From sequence record PV296018.1: a stretch of DNA of 41,011 nucleotides; one strand, written 5' to 3'. Source of the DNA: Enterococcus phage fHoEfa03. Shown piece after piece: positions 1 through 7,406 of the stretch. The position numbers and the translations under genes were made by a program. How positions within the stretch are numbered: position 1 is the first letter of the stretch; each line of letters starts with the position of its first letter. Under the pieces are notes generated by a model. That model was not told where the DNA came from. It ran no database searches and saw nothing but the letters and a program-made list of their open reading frames with translations.

Positions 1-11
1 CTTTCGCTTAA

Positions 12-177
12 ACGAATCTCCCTTTACGAAGTTTCAAAACAGCCTTTTTCCCTCGTAAAACACGATTAAAAACTGGTTTCTTTTCAATAATATCAACCGT
101 TTCACAGATTGTTTCATAATCTCACTAATACGAATTTCCTCCCTCATAAACAGCACAAAACCTGGTTTCTCAAACAA
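12..177. repeat. Two degenerate direct repeats (ACGAAT-TCCCT...AAACAGC...AAAACTGGTTTCT) at the genome left end. Candidate cos-proximal or terminase-binding repeats.
   Basis: Copy 1 ~12-85 and copy 2 ~131-177 share ordered sub-motifs: acgaatctccct / acgaatttcctccct, aaacagc, aaaactggtttct / aaacctggtttct. Non-coding. Confidence 0.4.
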
Positions 178-186
178 CAGGTTTTG
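156..186. repeat. Inverted repeat caaaacctg-N13-caggttttg (9-bp stem).
   Basis: Perfect reverse-complement arms at 156-164 and 178-186. No T-run follows, so it is not a terminator. Possible operator or binding site. Confidence 0.4.
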
Positions 187-195
187 TGGTACAAT
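187..195 (+). promoter_or_regulatory. Extended -10 promoter element TGgTACAAT preceded by a T-tract (TTTTGTGGTACAAT).
   Basis: Matches TGnTAnAAT. The same TTTTGTG(G/T)TAnAAT architecture recurs at 1483, ~3505 and 14283. Confidence 0.35.
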
Positions 196-257
196 ATTGG
201 TAGGGGAGTTTTTCTTTTAAACTAAAATATATAATGAAAGGTAGGTGACAAAGCCCT

Positions 258-371
258 ATGCCAGCTCCGAAACCTATTATGGTAAAAGATTTACGCACAC
301 AACAAACCAGAGCATTTAAATCACAGACTGAGGCAGATAGATTTTATAATAAAAAATCGGGCTATTTTTAA
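258..371 (+). CDS. Hypothetical 37-aa ORF (MPAPKPIMVKDLRTQQTRAFKSQTEADRFYNKKSGYF).
   Basis: ATG preceded by AGGTAGGTGA-like RBS. Below the ORF-track cutoff. No recognisable domain. Confidence 0.25.
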   Translation: MPAPKPIMVKDLRTQQTRAFKSQTEADRFYNKKSGYF

Positions 372-431
372 AGACGTCAAAACAAAGTTAGGTGGCAAGA
401 ATCGCCATTATGAAATTATTGAAGTTGTATA

Positions 432-466
432 GTTGACACCTCTTATATAATGTGTTAAGATAATAC
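432..466 (+). promoter_or_regulatory. Sigma-A-like promoter (TTGACA ... TATAAT / TAAGAT) upstream of the HNH-terS-terL genes.
   Basis: ttgacacctcttatataatgtgttaagataat. Consensus -35 with several possible -10 hexamers. Spacing is ambiguous. Confidence 0.4.
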
Positions 467-491
467 TATATTATATAGGAGGGATTCAATT

Positions 492-1001
492 ATGATTGAA
501 GAATGGAAAGATATTGAAGGATATGAAGGTTTATACCAGGTTAGTAATTTAGGACGGGTTAAACGGTCAAAAGGTAAGTATATGAAATCAGAAAGAATAT
601 TGATGCTATTTATAAATACACCTGGATATCTACAGGTGATGCTGTGTAAAAACAACAAATGTAAAAAATTTACAGTCCACAGATTAGTAGCAAACGCATT
701 CATACCAAACCCAGAAAACAAACCACAGGTAAACCATATTGACGAAGATAAAACAAACAACAAGGTTTCCAATCTTGAATGGGTAACAGCTAAAGAGAAT
801 GTAAATCACGGAACACGTAATGAACGGAGTTCAAAGAAAATCAAAGCTATTGATATAGCAAATGGAGAGTGGAATGACTATAAGTCAATAAGTGAATGTG
901 CGAGAGAGTTAGGACTCCACCAGTCAAGTATATCAATGTGCTTAAAAGGTAAACGTAAAACATCTGGTGGATACACCTTTAAATATAAGGAGGTGGACTA
1001 A
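492..1001 (+). CDS. Free-standing HNH homing endonuclease (NUMOD4-like N-terminus, HNH_3 core, C-terminal helix-turn-helix-like module).
   Basis: N-terminal EEWKDIEGYEGLYQVSNLGRVKR motif. Core HRLVANAFIPNPENKPQVNHIDEDKTNNKVSNLEWVTAKEN. One of five paralogous copies in the window. Confidence 0.8.
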   Translation: MIEEWKDIEGYEGLYQVSNLGRVKRSKGKYMKSERILMLFINTPGYLQVMLCKNNKCKKFTVHRLVANAFIPNPENKPQVNHIDEDKTNNKVSNLEWVTAKENVNHGTRNERSSKKIKAIDIANGEWNDYKSISECARELGLHQSSISMCLKGKRKTSGGYTFKYKEVD

Positions 1002-1475
1002 ATGGCAAGACCACGAAAATTAATCAACGCAACAAACAAACACTATACTGAAGAAGAACGTATTCAAAAACAAAAAGAAGAGGAAAAGTTATATAACTAT
1101 GAACCTTTAGACTTCTCATATTTTCCAATGGGATTGTTACGAGGTGCTTATGCAGAATGGGAACGAATTGGTAACTTCGTAGGAGATTTACCGCTTAGTG
1201 AGTTAGATTCACAGACCCTGGTTTCTTACTGTAACTACGTTTACTTATATAGTAAACTAGCTGAAGAGGTATCTATTGAGGGTGAAGTGACATCAGATGG
1301 CAAGCTAAACCCCAAAGTAACCGCAATGATGGGTTATAGTAAGCAAATCAAAAGCGCAACTAATGACTTAGGTTTAACTATCAATTCAAGATTGAAACTG
1401 GTAGCACCAAAAGAAGTAGAGGACGAAAGCAAAGACCCACTAGGTCAATTGCTTAAAATGCGTACACAAGCATAA
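1002..1475 (+). CDS. terS: Terminase small subunit (P27-family-like).
   Basis: ~157 aa. Sits immediately upstream of the large terminase and downstream of an HNH gene, the typical HNH-terS-terL arrangement of cos phages. Good RBS (GGAGGTGGACTAAATG). Confidence 0.65.
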   Translation: MARPRKLINATNKHYTEEERIQKQKEEEKLYNYEPLDFSYFPMGLLRGAYAEWERIGNFVGDLPLSELDSQTLVSYCNYVYLYSKLAEEVSIEGEVTSDGKLNPKVTAMMGYSKQIKSATNDLGLTINSRLKLVAPKEVEDESKDPLGQLLKMRTQA

Positions 1476-1482
1476 GATTTTG

Positions 1483-1491
1483 TGTTATAAT
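1483..1491 (+). promoter_or_regulatory. Extended -10 promoter TGtTATAAT (TTTTGTGTTATAAT) immediately after terS.
   Basis: Perfect TGnTATAAT. An identical tttgtgttataat occurs at 14279-14291. Confidence 0.45.
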
Positions 1492-1557
1492 GTATTTATG
1501 TAAAAGATATTCTATATTATTTGTATAGTATAATAATAGCGGGTATTATTATACAGG

Positions 1558-1640
1558 CGCAACTACTCCAATAGTTGCGGACATGTTAGCTAAAGTGTTG
1601 TTATACAGAAGGTCCGCTAACTGTATAACAACACTTTAGC
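1558..1640 (+). other. Structured non-coding segment: an 8-bp hairpin at 1558-1579 plus a perfect 20-bp stem (gctaaagtgttgttatacag / ctgtataacaacactttagc) with a 12-nt loop at 1589-1640.
   Basis: Exact reverse complements read directly from the sequence. No ORF spans this region. Confidence 0.6.
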
Positions 1641-1670
1641 ATTAAAGAATGGTTGCTGTGCGACCAATTG

Positions 1671-1725
1671 ACTTAGGTAAGTTTGTTATCCCCTTTGGAT
1701 AAACTCATGACCTAAGTCTTTTTAT
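1671..1725 (+). terminator. Intrinsic terminator or attenuator: nested hairpin acttaggt...acctaagt followed by CTTTTTATTT.
   Basis: 8-bp outer stem at 1671-1678/1710-1717, inner stem ttatcc/ggataa, T-run at 1718-1726. Confidence 0.5.
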
Positions 1726-1728
1726 TTG

Positions 1729-1737
1729 TGCTATAAT
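1729..1737 (+). promoter_or_regulatory. Extended -10 promoter TGcTATAAT just upstream of the terL RBS.
   Basis: tttgtgctataataatgataaggaggtaatacatATG. Confidence 0.45.
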
Positions 1738-1758
1738 AATGATAAGGAGGTAATACAT

Positions 1759-3483
1759 ATGAATAAGATTGATTATGTACAAGACTATATAGACTACGTA
1801 AAAGAAAATCAAATACCAATAGGTAATAAAATCAAACAAGCTATTAGACGACATGAAAAAGATTTAGAGAAGTCAAAAGACCAAGACTATCCATATTACT
1901 ATGACCCTAAAGAAGCATTAGAACCAGTGGTTTTTATTGAAATGCTACCAGACCCAAAGACACGCAAAACAAATAAGCTAGCTAAGTTCCAGAAGTTTAT
2001 TATTGCAATGATATATGGGTGGCGCAAAAAGAAAAACGGAATGCGCAGATTCAGAAAAGTATATATCAGTTTAGCACGTAAGAACGGAAAATCTATTCTG
2101 GTTGCTGGTATCTCACTATACGAGTTTCTATTAGGTCAATATCCACAGGCAAGCCGTCAGATAGTCGCCGCCGCCAACACCAAAGACCAAGCAGGTATTG
2201 TATTCAACATGTTAAAATCACAGCTAAAGGCATTGCGTGCAGTAAGTGATGGAACAAGGAAAGTAACCAAAGTTAATAAGAAAGACATTGAACACTTAGA
2301 AGATGAATCAACGGTTAAGCCACTATCAAGTGATGCAGATAGCTTAGACGGACTAGACGTGCTATGTGGTGTACTTGATGAGTATGGAGAAGCTAAAAGC
2401 ACAGCCATGATTGAGGTATTAGAAAGTTCACAGTCACAACAATTACAAGGTTTAATTTTGATTATTAGTACAACAACCAAAAACTTGAATGGACCAATGC
2501 ACAGCATAGAATACCCATTTATAACTAAGCTACTTAATGAGGAAGTGGAAGCTGATGCTTACCTTGCATTGTGTTGGGAAATGGATAGCCTAAGTGAAGT
2601 AGATGATGAAGCTAACTGGATTAAGAGCAACCCATTATTTGAGAATGCACAGTTACATGAAACAATGTACGAACATAAGGTTAACTCATTAGCAGAGTAT
2701 AAGGCTAAGGGTGACATGAGTGGTTGGCTAACTAAAGAGATGAACTTCTGGGTACAATCATCACAAGACAGTTTCATTGATAAAGAATCTTGGGAAGCTG
2801 TTAAACAAACACAACCGTATGACATAAAAGGTAGACCAGTTTATATAGGGCTGGATTTGGCACGTACAGGCGATATGACGGCTGTTAGTTGGGTGATACC
2901 TATTGCAGAGGAACGCAAGCTACTTCTTGACAGTCACGCTTTTATAGCCTCTGTGGGCGGTATTGAAGCTAAACAGATAAAAGATAAGATACCGTATAGA
3001 CAGTATGAGAACTTAGGACTAGTAAACATCAGTCAGCGACCAGATGGTTTGATAGACCATGAAGATATGTGCGAATGGATAAGAGAGTTCATAACAGAGT
3101 ATGACTTAGACCTACAAGGTATTTACTATGACGGACACCAAGCAACACCATCTGTAATCAACTTAAGCAAGGACTTTCCAGACAAACTAATTGAAGTACC
3201 ACAGCGCATCCAGTATTTAAATGCACCTACAAAGTACTTACGTGATGCAATTATCAAGGGTGAAGTGATTCAAACAGATAACCCACTACTAACTAGAGCG
3301 GTATATAATGCTATTATGCGTGAGTTTGCGGACAATATAGCTATTGAAAAGGCTATGAATCGTAACAAAATTGACCCTATAGATGCCTTAATTAATGCAA
3401 TGAGTGAAGCAATGTACTTTGATTATGAGTATATTAGCTTTAAAGAACTGATTGAAGAAGGTAAATTTGGATTTGGTGTATAA
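1759..3483 (+). CDS. terL: Terminase large subunit.
   Basis: ~575 aa. Position, size, and ATPase plus nuclease-type architecture fit terL. The likely true start is the ATG at 1759 (MNKIDYV) behind RBS TAAGGAGG; the ORF-track start at 1726 is probably too far upstream. Confidence 0.85.
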   Translation: MNKIDYVQDYIDYVKENQIPIGNKIKQAIRRHEKDLEKSKDQDYPYYYDPKEALEPVVFIEMLPDPKTRKTNKLAKFQKFIIAMIYGWRKKKNGMRRFRKVYISLARKNGKSILVAGISLYEFLLGQYPQASRQIVAAANTKDQAGIVFNMLKSQLKALRAVSDGTRKVTKVNKKDIEHLEDESTVKPLSSDADSLDGLDVLCGVLDEYGEAKSTAMIEVLESSQSQQLQGLILIISTTTKNLNGPMHSIEYPFITKLLNEEVEADAYLALCWEMDSLSEVDDEANWIKSNPLFENAQLHETMYEHKVNSLAEYKAKGDMSGWLTKEMNFWVQSSQDSFIDKESWEAVKQTQPYDIKGRPVYIGLDLARTGDMTAVSWVIPIAEERKLLLDSHAFIASVGGIEAKQIKDKIPYRQYENLGLVNISQRPDGLIDHEDMCEWIREFITEYDLDLQGIYYDGHQATPSVINLSKDFPDKLIEVPQRIQYLNAPTKYLRDAIIKGEVIQTDNPLLTRAVYNAIMREFADNIAIEKAMNRNKIDPIDALINAMSEAMYFDYEYISFKELIEEGKFGFGV

Positions 3484-3485
3484 AG

Positions 3486-3512
3486 AGTGCTTTAACTAGC
3501 ACTCTTTTTTCT
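3486..3512 (+). terminator. Intrinsic terminator after terL.
   Basis: agagtgct-ttaa-ctagcactct stem followed by TTTTTTCT. Confidence 0.6.
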
Positions 3513-3513
3513 A

Positions 3514-3717
3514 TTGTTTTGTGGTAAAATGGGGTATATAGGAGGGGTAAATATGCAAAATCCGGTATTGTTAGTAGTAATTTTCTACGTTTTAGGTATG
3601 CTATCACTAGTCACAGCAATGTTTTTCACTGGTTTAGTAGCTGGTTTAGTAGCCTTAGCAGTAGCATTATTAATTCCATCAGTAATCTTATACAAAGAAT
3701 TGGGAGAAGGTGAATAA
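3514..3717 (+). CDS. Small membrane protein (67 aa, two predicted TM helices).
   Basis: Hydrophobic segments LLVVIFYVLGMLSLVTAMFF and LVAGLVALAVALLIPSVIL. GGAGG RBS. Confidence 0.5.
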   Translation: MFCGKMGYIGGVNMQNPVLLVVIFYVLGMLSLVTAMFFTGLVAGLVALAVALLIPSVILYKELGEGE

Positions 3718-3721
3718 TTAA

Positions 3722-4873
3722 ATGGGAGTTTTTGTCGCACCTAGAAGCACAACAAAGCAGAACTTCATTGACTTTATCGAAAGCAGTGACATTTATTCAA
3801 CAGAAATCACAGGTGAAAAGGCATTACGTAATTCAGACATTTTCACAGGTATCAACATTATTAGTGGTGACTTAGGACAGTCAAAATTTAGACCAACTAA
3901 GAATAGTGAAGCTGATGAACAATTTCTAAAAATGATTAACAAACGACCAAACAATAAACAAAGTCATTACATGTTCATGTACGCAACAGTAGCAAACTTG
4001 ATTCTAAGCGGTAACTCATATGCATTAATCCACAGAGATAAATTAGGAGTAGTTGAGAGCTTGGAGTTTGTAAAACCTGAACAAGTAAATGTAATCCAAA
4101 ACGTTACAACAGGCGAATGGTCGTATGATGTAACAATGGAGTATGGTAGCATTATGTACAAATGTACACCAGAAGATATTTTGCACTTTAGAATTACAAC
4201 TGTAGATGGTTTCCTTGGTAGAAGTCCTTTACTATCATTGAAAGATGAAGTAGCTATGCAATCAAACGGTAGTAAGATTTTAAGCAAGTTCTTTGCCAAC
4301 GGTGTATTTGGTGGAGGTATCTTGAAACTAAAAGGCGGTTACGTTGATAACGAAACAAAAGCAAAAATCAGACAGGACTTTGAAAAGGCAAACGGTGGTA
4401 GCACTAACAGTAATGGTGTTATTGTCTTAGACGAATCAACAGAATTCCAAGAATACAAAATGAATACTGATATTCTTAAACTGATTCAAGGTAACAAGTT
4501 TAGTACACAACAGATTGCAAAAGTATTAGGTATTCCATTGAACCGCTTTGGTATGGAATTAGTAAACTCTACAGATAGTGGTGCAAATGACATCTATATT
4601 GCTTCAACTATTAGCCAATATGAAAGAGCTATCTGTGATGAAATTGAAATTAAAACAGGTAACGAGTTAGAATTAGACCTCACAACATTATTAAATGATA
4701 CCTATGAAGATAGACGTAAACGAGTTTTTGAAGGCAAACAGAATAAAGAGTTGCTAAAAGCAATTAAGACTAACGAAATTCGTGACTATTTAGGTTATGC
4801 AGATGTTGAAGAAGGTGAAGAATTAATGAAAGTAGATGAAAAAGAAGGAGTGTCAGCAAGTGAAGAATCTTGA
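3722..4873 (+). CDS. Portal protein (HK97-family-like).
   Basis: 383 aa. Lies between terL and the prohead protease in the conserved morphogenesis gene order. Confidence 0.8.
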   Translation: MGVFVAPRSTTKQNFIDFIESSDIYSTEITGEKALRNSDIFTGINIISGDLGQSKFRPTKNSEADEQFLKMINKRPNNKQSHYMFMYATVANLILSGNSYALIHRDKLGVVESLEFVKPEQVNVIQNVTTGEWSYDVTMEYGSIMYKCTPEDILHFRITTVDGFLGRSPLLSLKDEVAMQSNGSKILSKFFANGVFGGGILKLKGGYVDNETKAKIRQDFEKANGGSTNSNGVIVLDESTEFQEYKMNTDILKLIQGNKFSTQQIAKVLGIPLNRFGMELVNSTDSGANDIYIASTISQYERAICDEIEIKTGNELELDLTTLLNDTYEDRRKRVFEGKQNKELLKAIKTNEIRDYLGYADVEEGEELMKVDEKEGVSASEES

Positions 4874-5423
4874 AATTAGACAACTACAACAGGTTGAAAC
4901 AGTAACAGACAATATTGTTGAAGGCTACGCTTTAAAGTTTGATTCACCTAGTGAAAACTTAGGTGGATTCATTGAGTTCATAGATAAGCGTGCATTAGAT
5001 GGTGTTGATATGAGTGACGTTCGTATGTTCGTTGACCATGATTCAAGTAAGTTATTAGGACGGACAAAGAGTGGAACATTAACATTAGAGGTTGACGACA
5101 TTGGGTTAAAATTTAGAGCATTACTTCCTGATACATCAGTAGGACGTGATGCAATGGAACTAGTTAAACGCGGTGACCTTAGTCAGTGTTCGTTTGGATT
5201 CACAGTTGCTAAAGATGAATGGCGCAAAGCTGATGGAATAAATCACAGAACTATCAAACAAATCAAGTCACTATTTGAAATCTCACTGGTTTCAATTCCA
5301 GCATATGCAGACACAGATGTTAGTGTGGCTAAACGTTCATTAGAACAAATGGAAGAGGAAGCAAAACAATTTCAAAAGCGTAAACTAGAATTAGAATTAA
5401 ACCTATTAGGGTTATACAAGTAA
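4836..5423 (+). CDS. Prohead maturation protease (HK97 / S78-family-like).
   Basis: ~190 aa gene between portal and capsid. The real start may be the GTG at 4860 behind an AAGGAG RBS. Confidence 0.7.
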   Translation: MKKKECQQVKNLEIRQLQQVETVTDNIVEGYALKFDSPSENLGGFIEFIDKRALDGVDMSDVRMFVDHDSSKLLGRTKSGTLTLEVDDIGLKFRALLPDTSVGRDAMELVKRGDLSQCSFGFTVAKDEWRKADGINHRTIKQIKSLFEISLVSIPAYADTDVSVAKRSLEQMEEEAKQFQKRKLELELNLLGLYK

Positions 5424-5474
5424 CACCCACAAGTTCCCTTGTTCGTGATATACTATCTTTAGTAAGAAAAATAA
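5423..5474 (+). promoter_or_regulatory. Late promoter: box ACACCCACAA, 13 nt, extended -10 TGaTATACT, conserved leader ATCTTTAGTAAGAAAAATAA.
   Basis: The same architecture is found at 8484-8535, 9232-9283 and in modified form at 18861-18892. Confidence 0.55.
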
Positions 5475-5492
5475 TATTAAAGGGGTGTGCGT

Positions 5493-6740
5493 ATGTCACG
5501 GCAAGAACTTATGGAACAAGCACAAACTTTATTATCAGAAGGTAAACTTGATGAAGCTGAAAAAGTAATGCAACAAATTAAAGCTTTAGATGAGGAAAAA
5601 CCTAAAGAAGAAGAACGTGCAGTTGATAATAAAGAAGAGGAGAAACCAGAGGAAGAACCTAAAGCAGAAGATGCTAAGGACGAACCAAAGGAAGAACCTA
5701 AAGAAGATAAGGAAGAAACAAAAGAAGAACGTTCAGCAAAAACTGAACAAGATTTTGAAGAACCTAAAGAGGAACCAAAGGAAGAACCTAAAACAGAAAA
5801 ACGCTCACTAGAGCAAAAAGGAGAAGAAAATATGGAGAAAGTTATTTTAGATGGAAAAGAAGTAGAAAATAAAGAAGTGCGTGGATTCTTAGAATACTTA
5901 CGCTCAAAAGAAACACGTGCATTGCCTGAATCATTTGAAGGTGTTAAGTCTGCGGATGCATCAGCAATTATCCCAGAAGAAATCATCACAAAAGCTAAAA
6001 TGTTACCTGAAACAGTTGTTGACTTACGTAATATGGTTACACGTCAAAAAGTAACAAATGCTATGGGTAAATATCCAATCTTGAAAGCTAATGAAGCCGT
6101 GTTGGCATCAGTTGAAGAACTTAAAAAGAACCCTGATTTAGAAGGACCAGCTTTCGAAGAAGTCAAATATGAAGTTGAAACTTACCGTGGTCAAATTGCA
6201 GTAGCAGAAGAAGCTTTACAAGATTCTGATGATGACTTATCTGGAATCATTGCACGTCACATTCAACGTCAAGGTTTGAACACAGCTAACAAAGCTATCG
6301 TTACTAAATTAAAAACAGCAACAGCAGTAGCAGCAACATCAATTGATGACTTGAAAACACAAGTTAACACTGGTTTTGACCCAGCTTACAACTTAGAGTT
6401 TATTGTTTCTCAATCATTCTTTAACGCTTTAGACCAAATGAAAGACGCTAACGGTCGTTACTTACTAGAAGATGACATCAAAGCACCATCTGGTAAATCT
6501 CTATTAGGACGTAAAGTAACTGTTTTAGCTGATAAATTAATTGGTACAGTAGACGGTGACAAAGTAGCATTCTTAGGACAACCTGATGCATTCGCAGTCT
6601 TCTTCGACCGCGTAGACACAACTGTACGTTGGGTTGAGCATCAATACTTCGGTCAAGTATTAGCAGTAGCTATGCGCTTTGACTGTGAAGTCGTTGATAA
6701 AAACGCTGGTAAATATATCACTTTAACACCAGCACCCTAG
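5493..6740 (+). CDS. Major capsid protein (HK97 fold) with an N-terminal scaffold-like acidic EPKE-repeat 'delta' domain.
   Basis: Low-complexity N-terminus (EEPKEEPKE repeats) followed by a ~300-aa capsid domain. Sits in the capsid position. The ATG at 5493 has RBS AAAGGGGTG. The gene ends CCC-TAG. Confidence 0.85.
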   Translation: MSRQELMEQAQTLLSEGKLDEAEKVMQQIKALDEEKPKEEERAVDNKEEEKPEEEPKAEDAKDEPKEEPKEDKEETKEERSAKTEQDFEEPKEEPKEEPKTEKRSLEQKGEENMEKVILDGKEVENKEVRGFLEYLRSKETRALPESFEGVKSADASAIIPEEIITKAKMLPETVVDLRNMVTRQKVTNAMGKYPILKANEAVLASVEELKKNPDLEGPAFEEVKYEVETYRGQIAVAEEALQDSDDDLSGIIARHIQRQGLNTANKAIVTKLKTATAVAATSIDDLKTQVNTGFDPAYNLEFIVSQSFFNALDQMKDANGRYLLEDDIKAPSGKSLLGRKVTVLADKLIGTVDGDKVAFLGQPDAFAVFFDRVDTTVRWVEHQYFGQVLAVAMRFDCEVVDKNAGKYITLTPAP

Positions 6741-6804
6741 TACGCCACCTGTGGTAGGACAGGTGACACCAGCTGAAACATCAGCAACAATTGAATTATC
6801 GTAA
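6735..6804 (+). other. Conserved 3' element with a candidate +1 recoding site CCC_UAG plus hairpins (cacctg/caggtg and gctga/tcagc). The +1 frame encodes STPPVVGQVTPAETSATIELS and stops at 6802-6804.
   Basis: 63 nt match 9119-9181, downstream of the major tail gene, at 62 of 63 positions. Confidence 0.5.
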
Positions 6805-6808
6805 ACAC

Positions 6809-6840
6809 TAAGAGGTGGGGCATTCGCCTTACCTCTTTTT
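6809..6840 (+). terminator. Intrinsic terminator after the capsid gene.
   Basis: aagaggtggggcattcgccttacctcttttt. The aagaggt/acctctt stem is followed by a T-run. Confidence 0.6.
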
Positions 6841-6865
6841 AAACTATAAAAGGAGAGTGTAAATT

Positions 6866-7066
6866 ATGGCTAAAGTATTTAACGTATACAAGAAAACAGG
6901 TGAAAAGATTGTGACTGGACAACCCTCACCAGTAACAATCACTGGTTTAACAGCAGAAACACCATATAGTAAAGGTGATTTTCAAGTAACAGCTATTGAA
7001 GATGGAAAACCAGAGTCTAGTAAAGTAGATGTACCAGCATTCACTACAACTGCAACAGCTGGATAA
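6866..7066 (+). CDS. Small structural protein (66 aa). Possible Ig-like decoration or head fibre protein.
   Basis: PSPVTITGLTAETPYSKGDFQVTAIEDG has a beta-rich, Ig-like flavour. Strong RBS AAAGGAGAG. Confidence 0.45.
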   Translation: MAKVFNVYKKTGEKIVTGQPSPVTITGLTAETPYSKGDFQVTAIEDGKPESSKVDVPAFTTTATAG

Positions 7067-7068
7067 TA

Positions 7069-7092
7069 AAAGAGGGTTAAGCCCTCTTTTTA
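7069..7092 (+). terminator. Intrinsic terminator.
   Basis: aagagggttaagccctctttttaa. Confidence 0.55.
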
Positions 7093-7103
7093 ACTAAGGA
7101 GGT

Positions 7104-7406
7104 ATGATAATGTTAACATTAGCAGAAGTAAAAAACAATCTAAGATTAGACTATGATTTTGATGATACCTACCTACAAGGACTGATTGATACGAGTGAAC
7201 TATTCATCTTAGGAGCTATTGAGTTAAAGACCGCACCAGATGATAAACGATTCAAGACATTACAGTTCATGTTGGTTTCATTATGGTATGAAAACAGAGT
7301 ACCAGCAACAAGCGCATTACAACAACAAGTACCCTTTACAATCGTAGCAATGATTCATCAATTAAGGGGGTTACAAGATGCCACTGATACCAACACAACG
7401 ACTTGA
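7104..7406 (+). CDS. Head-tail connector (gp6-like DNA-packaging / connector protein).
   Basis: N-terminal LTLAEVKNNLRLDYDFDD motif typical of the gp6 head-tail connector family. Correct position in the gene order. Confidence 0.65.
   Translation: MIMLTLAEVKNNLRLDYDFDDTYLQGLIDTSELFILGAIELKTAPDDKRFKTLQFMLVSLWYENRVPATSALQQQVPFTIVAMIHQLRGLQDATDTNTTT

Noticed and set aside
455-772. Minus-strand 105-aa ORF overlapping the HNH gene. Similar ORFs occur at 27744-27962 (+) and 29794-30051 (+).
   Set aside because: They lie antisense to HNH genes and all contain the same peptide stretch (SSIWFTCGLFSGFGMNAFATN...). This is created by the conserved AFIPNPENKP-coding DNA core, so they are artefacts of the repeat and not genes.
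1589-1640. The 20-bp perfect hairpin as an intrinsic terminator.
   Set aside because: It is followed by ATTAAAGAATGG and not by a U-run. The real terminator-like structure is the downstream nested hairpin at 1671-1725.
5477-5989. 170-aa minus-strand Ser-rich ORF and 73-aa plus-strand Lys-rich ORF (5590-5811) inside the capsid gene.
   Set aside because: These are alternative-frame readings of the low-complexity GAA/CCT/AAA repeat that encodes the capsid delta domain. They have no RBS or independent start context.
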